Assembly (NCBI GenBank): GCA_947302045.1
Contig: CAMYUQ010000001.1
Span: 6,035 to 70,034, forward strand
DNA: 64,000 bases
Origin: an uncultured Clostridia bacterium
GTDB lineage: Bacteria > Bacillota > Clostridia > Oscillospirales > CAG-272
Reading direction: 5' to 3'
Numbering within the stretch: position 1 is the first letter of the stretch; each line of letters starts with the position of its first letter. Both the position numbers and the translations under genes were made by a program. This document shows positions 26,653 to 35,333 of the stretch, in pieces. The notes beneath the pieces were generated by a model. The model was not told the DNA's origin and ran no database searches. It worked only from the letters and a program-made list of their open reading frames with translations.

Positions 26653-27864
26653 ATGTTTGTTTATGCCGACCACGCGGCAACCACAGAAATGAGTCCGGTT
26701 GCCATTGAAAAAATGACGGATGCGCTCAAAACGGTATGGGGCAATCCGTCCAGCTTGCATACCGTCGGGCAGGAAGCAAAAGTCGTTCTGGAAAAGGCGC
26801 GCGAAGAGATCGCCGCCGTACTCGGCGCCGAACCGAGGGAGATCACCTTTACCTCCGGCGGCTCCGAATCCGACAATCAGGCGATCCTTTCGGCTGTTGC
26901 GCTCGGCGCCGCAAAGGGAAAAAAGCATATCGTTTCCACCAAATTCGAGCATCATGCCGTTTTGCACACTTTGCAGAAACTGGAAAAACAAGGGTATGAA
27001 GTTACCTACCTCGACGTGCATCAAAACGGAATCGTTGCCGCCGAAGACGTTGCCGCCGCGATCCGCCCGGACACCGCTCTGGTGACGGTTATGTTCGCAA
27101 ACAACGAGATCGGAACGATCCAGCCCGTCCGGGAGATCGGAGCGGTGTGCCGCCAAGCAGGCGTATTGTTCCACACCGACGCGGTACAGGCAGTCGGGCA
27201 TCTGCCGATCAACGTCAGGGACGACAACATTGATCTGCTTTCCCTTTCCGCGCATAAATTTCACGGTCCGAAAGGGATCGGCGTGCTGTACGCGCGCCGC
27301 GGCGTGCGGCTCTCTTCCCTGATTGAGGGGGGCGCACAGGAACGCGGAAAACGTGCGGGAACCGAAAATATCCCCGCGATCGTCGGTATGGCGGCGGCGC
27401 TGACCGAAGCGGCTGAAAATATGGAAGCCAACACCGCAAAAGTGACTGCCATGCGGGAAAAGCTGATTCGCGGACTGAGAGGGATCCCGTATGCACATCT
27501 GAACGGAGATCGGACGCGCCGCGTGCCCGGAACGGTAAACTTCTGCTTTGAGGGGATCGAGGGCGAGTCGCTCCTGCTCCTGCTCGACGCCAAAGGAATT
27601 TCGGCTTCGTCCGGTTCCGCCTGCACGTCCGGCTCGCTTGATCCGAGCCACGTTCTGCTGGCGCTGGGGCTTCCGCACGAAGTGGCGCACGGTTCCCTGC
27701 GGCTCTCAATCGACGAGACCAATACGGACGCCGAGGTTGACTATATGATCCGATCGGTGGAGGAAGTCGTTTCCTATCTGCGCCGGATGTCCCCGGTTTG
27801 GGAAGATTTGGAAAACGGGAAACGCAAGCATTTCTTTGCAGAATATGAAAGTGAGGAAAAATAA
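26653..27864 (+). CDS. nifS: Cysteine desulfurase (NifS/IscS type)
   Basis: Start MFVYADHAATT.. after AAGGAG. PLP lysine context SLSAHKFHGPKG. Active-site loop SSGSACTS. Confidence 0.92.
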   Translation: MFVYADHAATTEMSPVAIEKMTDALKTVWGNPSSLHTVGQEAKVVLEKAREEIAAVLGAEPREITFTSGGSESDNQAILSAVALGAAKGKKHIVSTKFEHHAVLHTLQKLEKQGYEVTYLDVHQNGIVAAEDVAAAIRPDTALVTVMFANNEIGTIQPVREIGAVCRQAGVLFHTDAVQAVGHLPINVRDDNIDLLSLSAHKFHGPKGIGVLYARRGVRLSSLIEGGAQERGKRAGTENIPAIVGMAAALTEAAENMEANTAKVTAMREKLIRGLRGIPYAHLNGDRTRRVPGTVNFCFEGIEGESLLLLLDAKGISASSGSACTSGSLDPSHVLLALGLPHEVAHGSLRLSIDETNTDAEVDYMIRSVEEVVSYLRRMSPVWEDLENGKRKHFFAEYESEEK

Positions 27865-27866
27865 AA

Positions 27867-28292
27867 ATGTTATACAGCGAAAAGGTAATGGATCATTTTC
27901 AGAATCCGCGCAACGTTGGCAAGATGGATGACGCCGACGGGATCGGCGAGGTCGGAAACGCAAAATGCGGCGACATTATGAAAATGTATATCAAAGTAAG
28001 CAACGGTGTGATTACCGACGTAAAATTCAACACGTTCGGTTGCGGAAGCGCGATCGCCTCTTCTTCGATGGCAACCGAGATGATCAAGGGAAAACCGATC
28101 GACGAGGCGTTGCAGTTGACCAACAAGGCGGTTGCCGAAGCGCTTGACGGTCTGCCGCCGCACAAAATGCACTGCTCTGTTCTGGCAGAGGAGGCAGTCC
28201 GGGCGGCCGTGAAAGACTATTACGACAAAAACGGGATCGCCTACAATCCGGAAGATTTCAGAGAGAACAGCTGCGCGCACTGCCACGAATAA
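27867..28292 (+). CDS. nifU: Fe-S cluster assembly scaffold (NifU/IscU N-domain type)
   Basis: 141 aa. MLYSEKVMDHFQNPRNVG..GNAKCGDIM..FGCGSAIASSS..MHCSVLAEEA... Confidence 0.92.
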   Translation: MLYSEKVMDHFQNPRNVGKMDDADGIGEVGNAKCGDIMKMYIKVSNGVITDVKFNTFGCGSAIASSSMATEMIKGKPIDEALQLTNKAVAEALDGLPPHKMHCSVLAEEAVRAAVKDYYDKNGIAYNPEDFRENSCAHCHE

Positions 28293-28311
28293 AGGAATAA
28301 ACACCCCAAAA

Positions 28312-28345
28312 GAAACCTGCTTTTGGGGTGCTGATTCTTTCATTT
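28312..28345 (+). terminator. Intrinsic terminator after nifU
   Basis: CACCCCAAAAG..CTTTTGGGGTG stem followed by a T-rich stretch. Confidence 0.75.
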
Positions 28346-28409
28346 TGGGAATTTAGAAAAAATTTCCACGATATTTTTTCCAAAAAACGACTTTTTGCAT
28401 AAAAAGGGC

Positions 28410-28438
28410 TTGACAATCCGGCTTTCCTGTCATATAAT
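28410..28438 (+). promoter_or_regulatory. sigma-A promoter for mgtC (perfect consensus)
   Basis: TTGACA 28410-28415, 17-nt spacer, TATAAT 28433-28438. Confidence 0.75.
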
Positions 28439-28457
28439 ACTACTATTCTAACCTACA

Positions 28458-28500
28458 CCTGCGTGCGCTTGCCTCTGTTGAGACACGCGGTTTTGTTTTT
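28458..28500 (+). terminator. Terminator-like hairpin inside the ~100-nt mgtC leader (possible attenuator)
   Basis: CC-T-GCGTG (28458-28465) pairs with CACGCGG (28484-28490) and is followed by TTTTGTTTTT. A second small hairpin ACGCC-GTCG-GGCGT precedes the SD. Confidence 0.35.
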
Positions 28501-28544
28501 CAACGCCGTCGGGCGTCAGAACAGAAGAAAGAGAGGAGATCGTT

Positions 28545-29255
28545 ATGAACACTTTTGCTGAATTGCTGCATCAACAATTCACGTGGCAACAGATCGGGGA
28601 GCTGGTTTTGCGGATCGTGTTTTCCTGCGTTTGCGGTGCTCTGATCGGAATTGAACGCAGTAAACGCTTCAAGGAAGCCGGCATCCGCACCCACATCATG
28701 GTTTGCTTTGCCGCCGCGCTGATGATGATCGTTTCCAAATACGCCTTTTTAGAGATTGCAGGTATCACCAAAGGAGCCGACCCTGCCCGTATCGCGGCGC
28801 AGGTCGTGACCGGCGTCAGCTTCCTCGGCGCGGGTGTGATCTTCCGGAACGGCGCGACCGTCAAAGGTCTGACGACCGCGGCAGGGATCTGGGCAACCTC
28901 CGGCATCGGATTGGCGGTCGGCGCCGGAATGTATCTGATCGGTGGGATCGCGACGGTAATTATCGTCGCGTTGCAGTTCATCATGCACAAAGTGCAGGTG
29001 GGCGTTGACGCTTTTTCGGTTTCGCACCTGCAATTCACGGTTTCCAATGACGCCTCGTTCCGTCAGCCGTTCCTGGACTTCCTCAAAGAACACAAAACAC
29101 AAATTGCCGAAACCAGAATGGAAGCAAAGGAAAACGGAGAGATCACATACGACCTGATCCTGCGCGTCCCCAGACAGGATTCGGTTGAGGACATCACCGC
29201 ATATCTCATGGAAAACGAAACGGTCAAAACCGTTTCGATCCTGCCCGGTACTTAA
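28545..29255 (+). CDS. mgtC: MgtC/SapB-family membrane protein
   Basis: 236 aa. ..RIVFSCVCGALIGIERSKRFKEAGIRTHIMVCF..GVSFLGAGVIFRNG..GLTTAAGIWATSGIGLAVGAGMY... Confidence 0.88.
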   Translation: MNTFAELLHQQFTWQQIGELVLRIVFSCVCGALIGIERSKRFKEAGIRTHIMVCFAAALMMIVSKYAFLEIAGITKGADPARIAAQVVTGVSFLGAGVIFRNGATVKGLTTAAGIWATSGIGLAVGAGMYLIGGIATVIIVALQFIMHKVQVGVDAFSVSHLQFTVSNDASFRQPFLDFLKEHKTQIAETRMEAKENGEITYDLILRVPRQDSVEDITAYLMENETVKTVSILPGT

Positions 29256-29261
29256 ACAAAT

Positions 29262-29299
29262 AAAAAACGACGGTTTGTTTTTCAAACCGTCGCTTTTTC
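29262..29299 (+). terminator. Intrinsic terminator after mgtC
   Basis: CGACGGTTTG-TTTTT-CAAACCGTCG + CTTTTTC. Confidence 0.8.
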
Positions 29300-29357
29300 T
29301 ATATATTGCCTCCAAACTGCGCGAAGCACAATATAACTCGTCGAAGATGAATATAAC

Positions 29358-29540
29358 CGAAAGAAACCTGATTTGGTAGACAAATCAGGTTTCTTTCATG
29401 GTGGAGCGTAAGGGATTTTTCCGTCGCTCCGCGACTCTCGCCTCGCTTCGCTCGTTGCCTCGTCGGCGGAAAACCCGCCCCCGGCGGCTTTTCCTTCCGC
29501 CGCTTCGCGGCTCCCTCCTGGTTCGAATCCCTACCAACAA
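29358..29540. other. tRNA-Arg-derived fragments plus GC-rich hairpins (possible att-site relic)
   Basis: 29399-29417 (TGGTGGAGCGTAAGGGATT) matches the 3' end of the adjacent tRNA-Arg gene (29574-29592) at 16/19 positions, including the CCA, in the same orientation. An inverted GGTTCGAATCCCT lies at 29520-29532. A 16-bp hairpin at 29358-29396 abuts the fragment. Confidence 0.35.
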
Positions 29541-29572
29541 CAAAACGGGCAGGCGATTGCCTACCCGTTTTG
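29541..29572. terminator. Hairpin terminator immediately 3' of tRNA-Arg
   Basis: CAAAACGGG-C-AGGC-GATT-GCCT-A-CCCGTTTTG, followed by T-rich sequence on the minus strand. Confidence 0.75.
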
Positions 29573-29573
29573 T

Positions 29574-29650
29574 TGGCGCGGCGTAAGGGATTCGAACCCC
29601 CGACCTTTTGGTTCGTAGCCAAACACTCTATCCAGCTGAGCTAACGCCGC
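29574..29650 (-). tRNA. tRNA-Arg (anticodon ACG)
   Basis: Minus strand: GCGGCGTTAGCTCAGCTGGATAGAGTGTTTGGCTACGAACCAAAAGGTCGGGGGTTCGAATCCCTTACGCCGCGCCA. 77 nt, anticodon loop CTACGAA, encoded CCA. Confidence 0.9.
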
Positions 29651-29668
29651 ATTTCCGATAGCCCGTAT

Positions 29669-29697
29669 ATTATACAACAATTCCTCCTTTTTGTCAA
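29669..29697 (-). promoter_or_regulatory. sigma-A promoter for tRNA-Arg (perfect consensus)
   Basis: Minus strand reads TTGACA (29697-29692), 17-nt spacer, TATAAT (29674-29669). Confidence 0.8.
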
Positions 29698-29769
29698 GCC
29701 CTTTTTTCAAAAAACTCGTCGCTTTTTTGCGCGTCTTTTTCCCTGACGCAAAAAGATGCCGTTTTCCGA

Positions 29770-29798
29770 TTGCTTTTTGATATTTTTTATGGTATAAT
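29770..29798 (+). promoter_or_regulatory. Promoter for the 29834-32566 accessory operon
   Basis: TTGCTT 29770-29775, 17-nt spacer ending TGG (extended -10), TATAAT 29793-29798. Confidence 0.7.
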
Positions 29799-29833
29799 GA
29801 GGAGTAGGGACCAATTTACAAAGGAGAGATGCA

Positions 29834-30382
29834 ATGATTCTTTTGATCAATGCCTGTGTGCGAAAAGAATCCAGGACCAAACTGCTGGCAGATCGTTTTC
29901 TTGCGAGCACGGGTCAACCGATCGAAGAGGTGCGATTGCATGAAATTTCATTCCCGGTCGCGGATGAACGATTTCTCAACAAACGCGACCGTCTGATTGC
30001 GGAACGCAGATTCGACGATCCGCTCTTTGTTCTCGCGCGGCAGTTCGTAAACGCCGATGAGATCGTGATCGCCGCGCCCCTCTGGGATCTCTCTTTCCCT
30101 GCCGCGCTCAAACAGTATCTCGAACAGATCAACGTGGTCGGTCTGGCCTTCGGCTATTCGCCAGATGGACGTCCGGTCGGGTTATGCCGGGCAAAATCCC
30201 TGACTTATATCACGACCGCCGGCGGAGATTTCCTCCCGGAAGAATTCGGGTTCGGCTACGTCAAGGCGCTGGCGCAGACCTTTTACGGCATCCGCGACGT
30301 GCGGCTGATCAAAGCGACCGGACTGGATATCGACGGCGCGGACGTTGACGCGATCGTAAACGCCGCCGAAGAAAATCTGTAA
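29834..30382 (+). CDS. Flavodoxin-like-fold NAD(P)H-dependent oxidoreductase (azoreductase/ACP-phosphodiesterase-like)
   Basis: 182 aa. MILLINACVRKESRTKLLA..IVIAAPLWDLSFPAALKQYLEQI... Confidence 0.7.
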   Translation: MILLINACVRKESRTKLLADRFLASTGQPIEEVRLHEISFPVADERFLNKRDRLIAERRFDDPLFVLARQFVNADEIVIAAPLWDLSFPAALKQYLEQINVVGLAFGYSPDGRPVGLCRAKSLTYITTAGGDFLPEEFGFGYVKALAQTFYGIRDVRLIKATGLDIDGADVDAIVNAAEENL

Positions 30383-30398
30383 AAATCTACTTCGGGAG

Positions 30399-30953
30399 GT
30401 GAATCGCTTGAATCTCGAAACAGAACGTCTGATCATGCGTCCGTGGACGGAATCCGACGCGGAAGAATGTTTCCGATACGCAAAAGATCCGCGCGTGGGA
30501 CCGATTGCCGGATGGCCGGTACATACGAGCGTCGAAAACAGTCGGCAAATTATTCGCGAGGTTCTTTCCAAGCCGGAAATCTACGCGATCGTATGGAAAG
30601 AAACCGGACTGCCGATCGGCAGTATCGGATTGCATTTTCACAGCGATCTCGCAACCGCGGACGACGAATGCGAACTCGGTTACTGGATCGGCGTTCCCTT
30701 CTGGGGGCGCGGGATCACACCCGAAGCCGCGCGGGAAATGCTGCGCCACGCCTTTGAAGATCTCGGCATGGCGCGCGTCTGGTGCGGTTACTACGACGGT
30801 AACCTGCGCTCCAGACGGGTACAGGAAAAGGTCGGTTTCCGGTATCAATGGTCGAACGATGCCGTACCGGTCCCGCAGATCGGAGAGGTACGCAAAGGTC
30901 ACGTCAATCTGCTCACAAGAGAAGAATGGCTCGGAGGAAACCGGCATGAATGA
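30399..30953 (+). CDS. GNAT-family N-acetyltransferase (RimJ/RimL-like)
   Basis: ..LETERLIMRPWTESDAEECF..GYWIGVPFWGRGITPEAAREML... The track start is GTG 30399. The in-frame TTG at 30408 has better spacing to GGGAGG. Confidence 0.8.
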   Translation: MNRLNLETERLIMRPWTESDAEECFRYAKDPRVGPIAGWPVHTSVENSRQIIREVLSKPEIYAIVWKETGLPIGSIGLHFHSDLATADDECELGYWIGVPFWGRGITPEAAREMLRHAFEDLGMARVWCGYYDGNLRSRRVQEKVGFRYQWSNDAVPVPQIGEVRKGHVNLLTREEWLGGNRHE

Positions 30954-31278
30954 CTTTATTGCTTATTGCGGACTGAATTGTGAAGTTTGCGAAGCCCGCA
31001 TCGCAACGATCCGGGACGATCAGACTCTGCGCGTAAAAGTCGCGCGGGAATGGTCGCTGCTCAACGGCGTTGAAATCACGCCCGATATGATCCATTGCGT
31101 CGGCTGTCGGATCGACGGCGTGAAAACGCCCTACTGCGAATCGCTCTGCCCGATCCGGAAATGTGCGCTTCAAAATAAAATGGAAACCTGCGGCGCTTGC
31201 GGCAGGATGAAAGAATGCGAAAAGGTGGGCATGATCCTGCAAAACAGCGAGGTGGCGCGAAATAATTTGAAAGCGTAA
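30946..31278 (+). CDS. DUF3795-like Cys-rich protein
   Basis: 110 aa from ATG 30946 after GGAGGAAA. MNDFIAYCGLNCEVCEARIA..HCVGCRIDG..CPIRKCA..CGACGRMKEC... Overlaps the GNAT stop by 8 nt. Confidence 0.7.
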   Translation: MNDFIAYCGLNCEVCEARIATIRDDQTLRVKVAREWSLLNGVEITPDMIHCVGCRIDGVKTPYCESLCPIRKCALQNKMETCGACGRMKECEKVGMILQNSEVARNNLKA

Positions 31279-31297
31279 AGCAAAGAGAGAAAACGAC

Positions 31298-32017
31298 ATG
31301 AGAAAATACCCGCTTGCCGAAAAATATCAAACGCCCGAACTCATGGCGAAGATCATGGGTCCGAATCCGCTCAAACTCGAAGAAGAACTGCTCACGGGAC
31401 ATAAAATTCCGGTAGGCAGTCTGGTCTGCGACCTCGGAAGCGGTCAGGGGCTGACGAGCGTCTTTCTCGCGAAAGAATACGGATTCCGCGTCTATGCCGC
31501 CGACCTTTGGAGCGATCCGGAAGACAACCGCCGCTTTTTCAGGGAAATGGGCTTGACCGAGGAACAGATCGTCCCCGTGAAAGCCGACGCGACCGCCCTG
31601 CCCTTCGCAAAAGATTTTTTCGACGCGGTGGTCTCGACCGATTCCTACAACTATTTCGGTCGCGATCCGGACTACCTCGACGAAAAGTTGCTCCCCTTTG
31701 TGAAAAAAGGCGGCTATCTTTATATCGCCGTTCCCGGTATGAAAAAGGACTGTCACAAAAATCTGCCTCCCGAACTGCTCCTTTCCTGGACGCCCGAACA
31801 ACTTGATTATCTGCATGACGTCGCCTATTGGAGAGGGGTCGTTTCGCAATGCAAGAGTGCGGAAATTCTGGACATTTCGGAGATGGAATCCAACGAGGAA
31901 GTCTGGGCGGACTGGCTCAAACAGGAAAACGAATATGCCATCGGCGACCGTGCGGCGATGAACGCCGGCGGCGGGAAATACCTCAACTTTGTAAAAATCG
32001 TTCTGCGGAAACACTGA
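31298..32017 (+). CDS. Class I SAM-dependent methyltransferase
   Basis: 239 aa. Motif I VCDLGSGQGLTSVFLAKE, post-I YAADL, motif ..FDAVVSTDSY... Confidence 0.8.
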   Translation: MRKYPLAEKYQTPELMAKIMGPNPLKLEEELLTGHKIPVGSLVCDLGSGQGLTSVFLAKEYGFRVYAADLWSDPEDNRRFFREMGLTEEQIVPVKADATALPFAKDFFDAVVSTDSYNYFGRDPDYLDEKLLPFVKKGGYLYIAVPGMKKDCHKNLPPELLLSWTPEQLDYLHDVAYWRGVVSQCKSAEILDISEMESNEEVWADWLKQENEYAIGDRAAMNAGGGKYLNFVKIVLRKH

Positions 32018-32119
32018 TTGGACAATCGGCGACTATGAAAAAGTCGCCGTTTTTCATCTTGCAATCGCCGAAAAACCGTGTTATGATAGAAGTGTAAAAC
32101 GAAAAAGGAGGCACCAACC

Positions 32120-32566
32120 ATGGACGAAAAGACCTACACACTGAACGACCTCGCTATGATGACCGGTTTTACCACCCGAACGCTTCGCAACTATCTCTTG
32201 CAAGGACTTCTCAAAGGAGAGAAGATCGACGGCGTCTGGCGGTTCACACCGCAAGAACTTGAAACTTTTTTTGCCGAACCGTTCGTCAAGGAAGGGTTGC
32301 GGATCAAGCACAGCGCGGCTGTATTTGATTTTCTTGCGGATAAGCATAAAAAAGAGAACCGGATCTGCATCATTCTGGATCTTCCCACTGCCAGAAAAGA
32401 AGGTCAGCAGATCTCATCCTTCTTTTGTGAACAGATGAACCGCATCTCGGACACGACCTTTACCTTTGACTGGGACCACAACTTCGGGCGCGTGATTCTT
32501 TCGGGCGCGGAAGATCAGGTGATGAAAATTCTGGAAGCGTATAACGCTTTTCGACTTGAAAATTGA
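32120..32566 (+). CDS. MerR/excisionase-type HTH protein with uncharacterised C-domain
   Basis: 148 aa. YTLNDLAMMTGFTTRTLRNYLLQGLLKGEKIDGVWRFTPQEL... Confidence 0.65.
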   Translation: MDEKTYTLNDLAMMTGFTTRTLRNYLLQGLLKGEKIDGVWRFTPQELETFFAEPFVKEGLRIKHSAAVFDFLADKHKKENRICIILDLPTARKEGQQISSFFCEQMNRISDTTFTFDWDHNFGRVILSGAEDQVMKILEAYNAFRLEN

Positions 32567-32572
32567 TTTTCG

Positions 32573-32617
32573 ATATCAAAACGGCGGCTTGCGAAATGCA
32601 AGCCGCCGTTTTGATAT
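32573..32617. terminator. Bidirectional terminator between the accessory operon and thrS
   Basis: ATATCAAAACGGCGGCTTGC-GAAA-TGCAAGCCGCCGTTTTGATAT (about 20-bp stem, GNRA loop). Confidence 0.85.
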
Positions 32618-32627
32618 GGTTCGCGAA

Positions 32628-34559
32628 TTATCTTCTCTTCTCCGCCACTTCGAGCAATGCGTCAGCGAGGAACTGATCCACCGTTTTGGTGACCGTCTCG
32701 CCCGCACGGTTGCGGACCGCCACCGTTCCGGTTTCGATCTCCTTCGCACCGATCACGAGCATATACGGCACCTTTTCCATCTGCGTTGCACGGATCTTAT
32801 AGCCGATCGTGTTGGAAGAATCGTCGAGTTCCACCCGCAATCCCGCATCGGCGAGCTTTTCTTTGAGCTGTTTTGCGTAGGCGATATGCTCGTCGCCGAT
32901 CGGCAGGATCCGCACCTGCTCGGGCGCGAGCCAGAGCGGAAACGCTCCCGCGTAGGTTTCGATCAGGTAGGCAAGCGTACGCTCATAGCAACCGAGCGAG
33001 GTCCTATGGATGATATAGGGCAGTTTCTTCTCGCCGTCCCGGTCGGTATAATACATTCCGAACTTCTCGGCAAGCAGCATATCGATCTGAATGGTGACAA
33101 GCGTATCTTCCTTGCCGTAGACGTTGCGATACTGCACGTCGAGTTTCGGTCCGTAGAACGCCGCTTCGTCGATCCCGACCGTATATTCGACGCCGAGGTC
33201 GTCCAGAATCTGCGCCATGACTGCCTGCGCCTTTTCCCATTGCTCGGGCGTGCCTTCATATTTGTTCTTCGGGTTTGCCGGATCCCACTGCGAGAACCGG
33301 AAGGTGCATTTATCGAGCAGTCCCACCGTTCCGAGGAAATACTTGCAGAGTTCCAGACAGCCGCGGAATTCCTCTTCGAGCTGCTCCGGGCAGAGGATAT
33401 AGTGCCCTTCGGAAATGGTGAACTGCCGCACCCGGATCAGACCGTGCATCTCGCCGCTATCCTCGTTGCGGAAGAGCGTGGAGGTTTCGGTCAGGCGCAT
33501 CGGAAGTTCTCTATAAGAACGATTCTTATTCAAATAAACCTGATACTGGAAGGGACAGGTCATCGGACGGAGCGCAAAGCACTCTTTGGTTTCGTCGTTC
33601 GGATCGCCGAGAACAAACATCCCGTCCAGATAATGATCCCAGTGTCCCGAAATCTTATAAAGTTCCCGTTTCGCCATGAGCGGCGTTTTGGTGAGGATGC
33701 ACCCCTTCTTCTGCTCCACGTCCTCGACCCATCTTTGCAGAAGCTGGATCACGCGCGTCCCCTTCGGGAGCAGGATCGGCAAACCTTGACCGATATAGTC
33801 CACCGTGGTGAAGTAGCCGAGGTCGCGACCGAGTTTGTTGTGGTCGCGCTTGACGGCTTCCTCCTGCGCGGCGAGATAGGCGTTCAGTTCATCCTTGGAG
33901 GGGAACGCCACGCCGTAAATGCGTTGCAGAACCTTGTTCTTCTGGTCGCCTTTCCAGTAGGCACCGGTGCACTGCGTCAGCTTGAATGCCTTGACAAGCC
34001 CGGTCGAAAAAAGGTGCGGACCGGCGCAGAGGTCGGTAAACTCTCCCTGCCGATAGAAGCTGATGGCCTCTCCTTCCGGCAGTTCCTCAATCAGTTGAAC
34101 CTTATACGGCTCCTGCCGCTCGGTCATGAGCGCGATCGCCTCGGCGCGCGGCAATTCAAACCGCTCGATCCGCAGATTCTCCTTGACGATCTTCTTCATC
34201 TCGTCCTCGATCTGTTTGAGGACTTCGGGCGTGAAAGAGACGTCCGAATCGATATCATAGTAGAATCCGTTTTCGATCGCCGGACCGATCGTCAGTTTTG
34301 CGTTCGGGTAGAGCCGCTTGACCGCCTGCGCCAGAATATGGGACGCAGTATGGCGGAACAGGTGCTTCCCTGCTTCGTCGGCAAAGGTCAGGAGCTTGAC
34401 CGAATCCCCGTCGGAAAGCGGTTCGGTCAGCGCAACGGTCTTGCCGCCGATTTCTGCGCCGATCACTTCCCGCGAGAGCAAGTCATTCTCTTTCGCCGCT
34501 TCGTAGACCGTTGCCGGCGCGGCAATTTTCAGATCTTTTCCGTTGATTTTCACATTCAT
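32628..34559 (-). CDS. thrS: Threonine--tRNA ligase
   Basis: Start at ATG 34557-34559 (MNVKINGKDLK.., TGS domain) after AGAGGGAAG. Class II motifs ..FRNEDSGEMHGLIRVRQF.. and a C-terminal anticodon-binding domain. Confidence 0.93.
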   Translation of the reverse strand: MNVKINGKDLKIAAPATVYEAAKENDLLSREVIGAEIGGKTVALTEPLSDGDSVKLLTFADEAGKHLFRHTASHILAQAVKRLYPNAKLTIGPAIENGFYYDIDSDVSFTPEVLKQIEDEMKKIVKENLRIERFELPRAEAIALMTERQEPYKVQLIEELPEGEAISFYRQGEFTDLCAGPHLFSTGLVKAFKLTQCTGAYWKGDQKNKVLQRIYGVAFPSKDELNAYLAAQEEAVKRDHNKLGRDLGYFTTVDYIGQGLPILLPKGTRVIQLLQRWVEDVEQKKGCILTKTPLMAKRELYKISGHWDHYLDGMFVLGDPNDETKECFALRPMTCPFQYQVYLNKNRSYRELPMRLTETSTLFRNEDSGEMHGLIRVRQFTISEGHYILCPEQLEEEFRGCLELCKYFLGTVGLLDKCTFRFSQWDPANPKNKYEGTPEQWEKAQAVMAQILDDLGVEYTVGIDEAAFYGPKLDVQYRNVYGKEDTLVTIQIDMLLAEKFGMYYTDRDGEKKLPYIIHRTSLGCYERTLAYLIETYAGAFPLWLAPEQVRILPIGDEHIAYAKQLKEKLADAGLRVELDDSSNTIGYKIRATQMEKVPYMLVIGAKEIETGTVAVRNRAGETVTKTVDQFLADALLEVAEKRR

Positions 34560-34598
34560 GTTTTCTTCCCTCTTTCTATTCGTTAAAAAATCTTTTAC

Positions 34599-34800
34599 AA
34601 AAAAACAACACACCCCGCACAGCCGTACACGGCTATGTTCGGGGTGTGGATTTCGGTCCGCACGGTTCCACCCGGACGTTTCGCTCATTCGGAATCATTC
34701 AAGGTAGCGGGCAAGTGGTATTCTGCGCGGCGGCAACGGAGATCTTTCAGCCGGGGATCTCTTCTCTTTGGATGCCGTGGGCGCGCGAACGGGTCTTTCC
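34599..34800 (-). promoter_or_regulatory. T-box leader upstream of thrS (probable Thr ACC specifier)
   Basis: Minus strand has AGAGA-type stem I start, GAATACCA context, the T-box CGGGTGGAACCGTGCGG (about 34676-34658) and the terminator CACACCCCGAACATAGCCGTGTACGGCTGTGCGGGGTGTG + TTGTTTTTTT. Specifier assignment is tentative. Confidence 0.8.
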
Positions 34801-34811
34801 CACAAAAAAGT

Positions 34812-35237
34812 TTAAGAATTGGCAACGTTGCGTTTCGACCGCGGATTGACGTACTCACGCCAATCCAGATCGCCGCGATCCAGCGCCAGAATCAGCACTT
34901 CCGCCGTTGCGATATTGGTTGCAACCGGAATATTATACAGGTCGCACAGCCGGAACATTTCCTGCTCCATCTCTCCGGAGCTTGACCCCGGACGGGTATT
35001 GCCGAAATAGAGCAACATATCAATTTCGTTATAGGAGATCCGGGACGCGATCTGTTCTTCTCCGCCCTGAGAGCCAGAGAGCAACCGCTCAACTTCAAGC
35101 CCGGTCGCCTCGGAAATATACTTCGCCGTGATACCGGTAGCACACAGGTGGTGCTTACTCAAAATGCCGCAATAAGCAATACAGAACTGGGTCATCAACT
35201 CTTTTTTCATGTCGTGCGCGATGATGGCGATTTGCAT
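34812..35237 (-). CDS. mgsA: Methylglyoxal synthase
   Basis: 141 aa. MQIAIIAHDMKKELM..LCATGITAKYI..LLSGSQGGEEQI... Confidence 0.9.
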   Translation of the reverse strand: MQIAIIAHDMKKELMTQFCIAYCGILSKHHLCATGITAKYISEATGLEVERLLSGSQGGEEQIASRISYNEIDMLLYFGNTRPGSSSGEMEQEMFRLCDLYNIPVATNIATAEVLILALDRGDLDWREYVNPRSKRNVANS

Positions 35238-35276
35238 AACGTTGTGATCCCTCCCCTTTCTATCCTGCTTGTTTCT

Positions 35277-35305
35277 ATTATACCATTATGCGTGCCCGGT
35301 GTCAA
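35277..35305 (-). promoter_or_regulatory. sigma-A promoter for mgsA (perfect consensus)
   Basis: Minus strand reads TTGACA (35305-35300), 17-nt spacer ending TGG, TATAAT (35282-35277). Confidence 0.75.
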
Positions 35306-35333
35306 TAGCCGCACCGCATTTTTTGTGAATTTT

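Noticed and set aside
29299-29622. ORFs of 107 aa (-) and 62 aa (+, 29398-29586) across the tRNA-Arg region. The 66-aa ORF at 20329-20529 across tRNA-Met/Glu is similar.
   Set aside because: They overlap tRNA genes, terminator hairpins and GC-rich repeat sequence. Their translations (..LRSLRSLPRRRKTRP..) are typical artefacts of structured RNA or DNA.
32556-34586. 676-aa ORF antisense to thrS. Similar very long antisense ORFs include 10715-12691 (658 aa), 48756-50771 (671 aa), 45662-47590 (642 aa), 7089-8732 (547 aa), 39585-41189 (534 aa), 42809-44365 (518 aa) and 44817-46226 (469 aa).
   Set aside because: Each mirrors a gene with unmistakable homology on the other strand. Their translations are Arg/Gly/His/Pro-rich and low-complexity, and they lack SD sequences. 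Such shadow ORFs are expected when the sense codons TTA, CTA and TCA are avoided in a GC-biased genome.
34560-34688. N-terminal extensions offered by the ORF track: thrS to 34688, valS to 18342, hprK to 57346, ispE to 37987, the AI-2E gene from 38098, nifS from 26620 and the lipoprotein to 48649.
   Set aside because: The extensions run through T-box terminators, promoters or leaders. Internal ATGs have canonical SD spacing and give N-termini that match the families.
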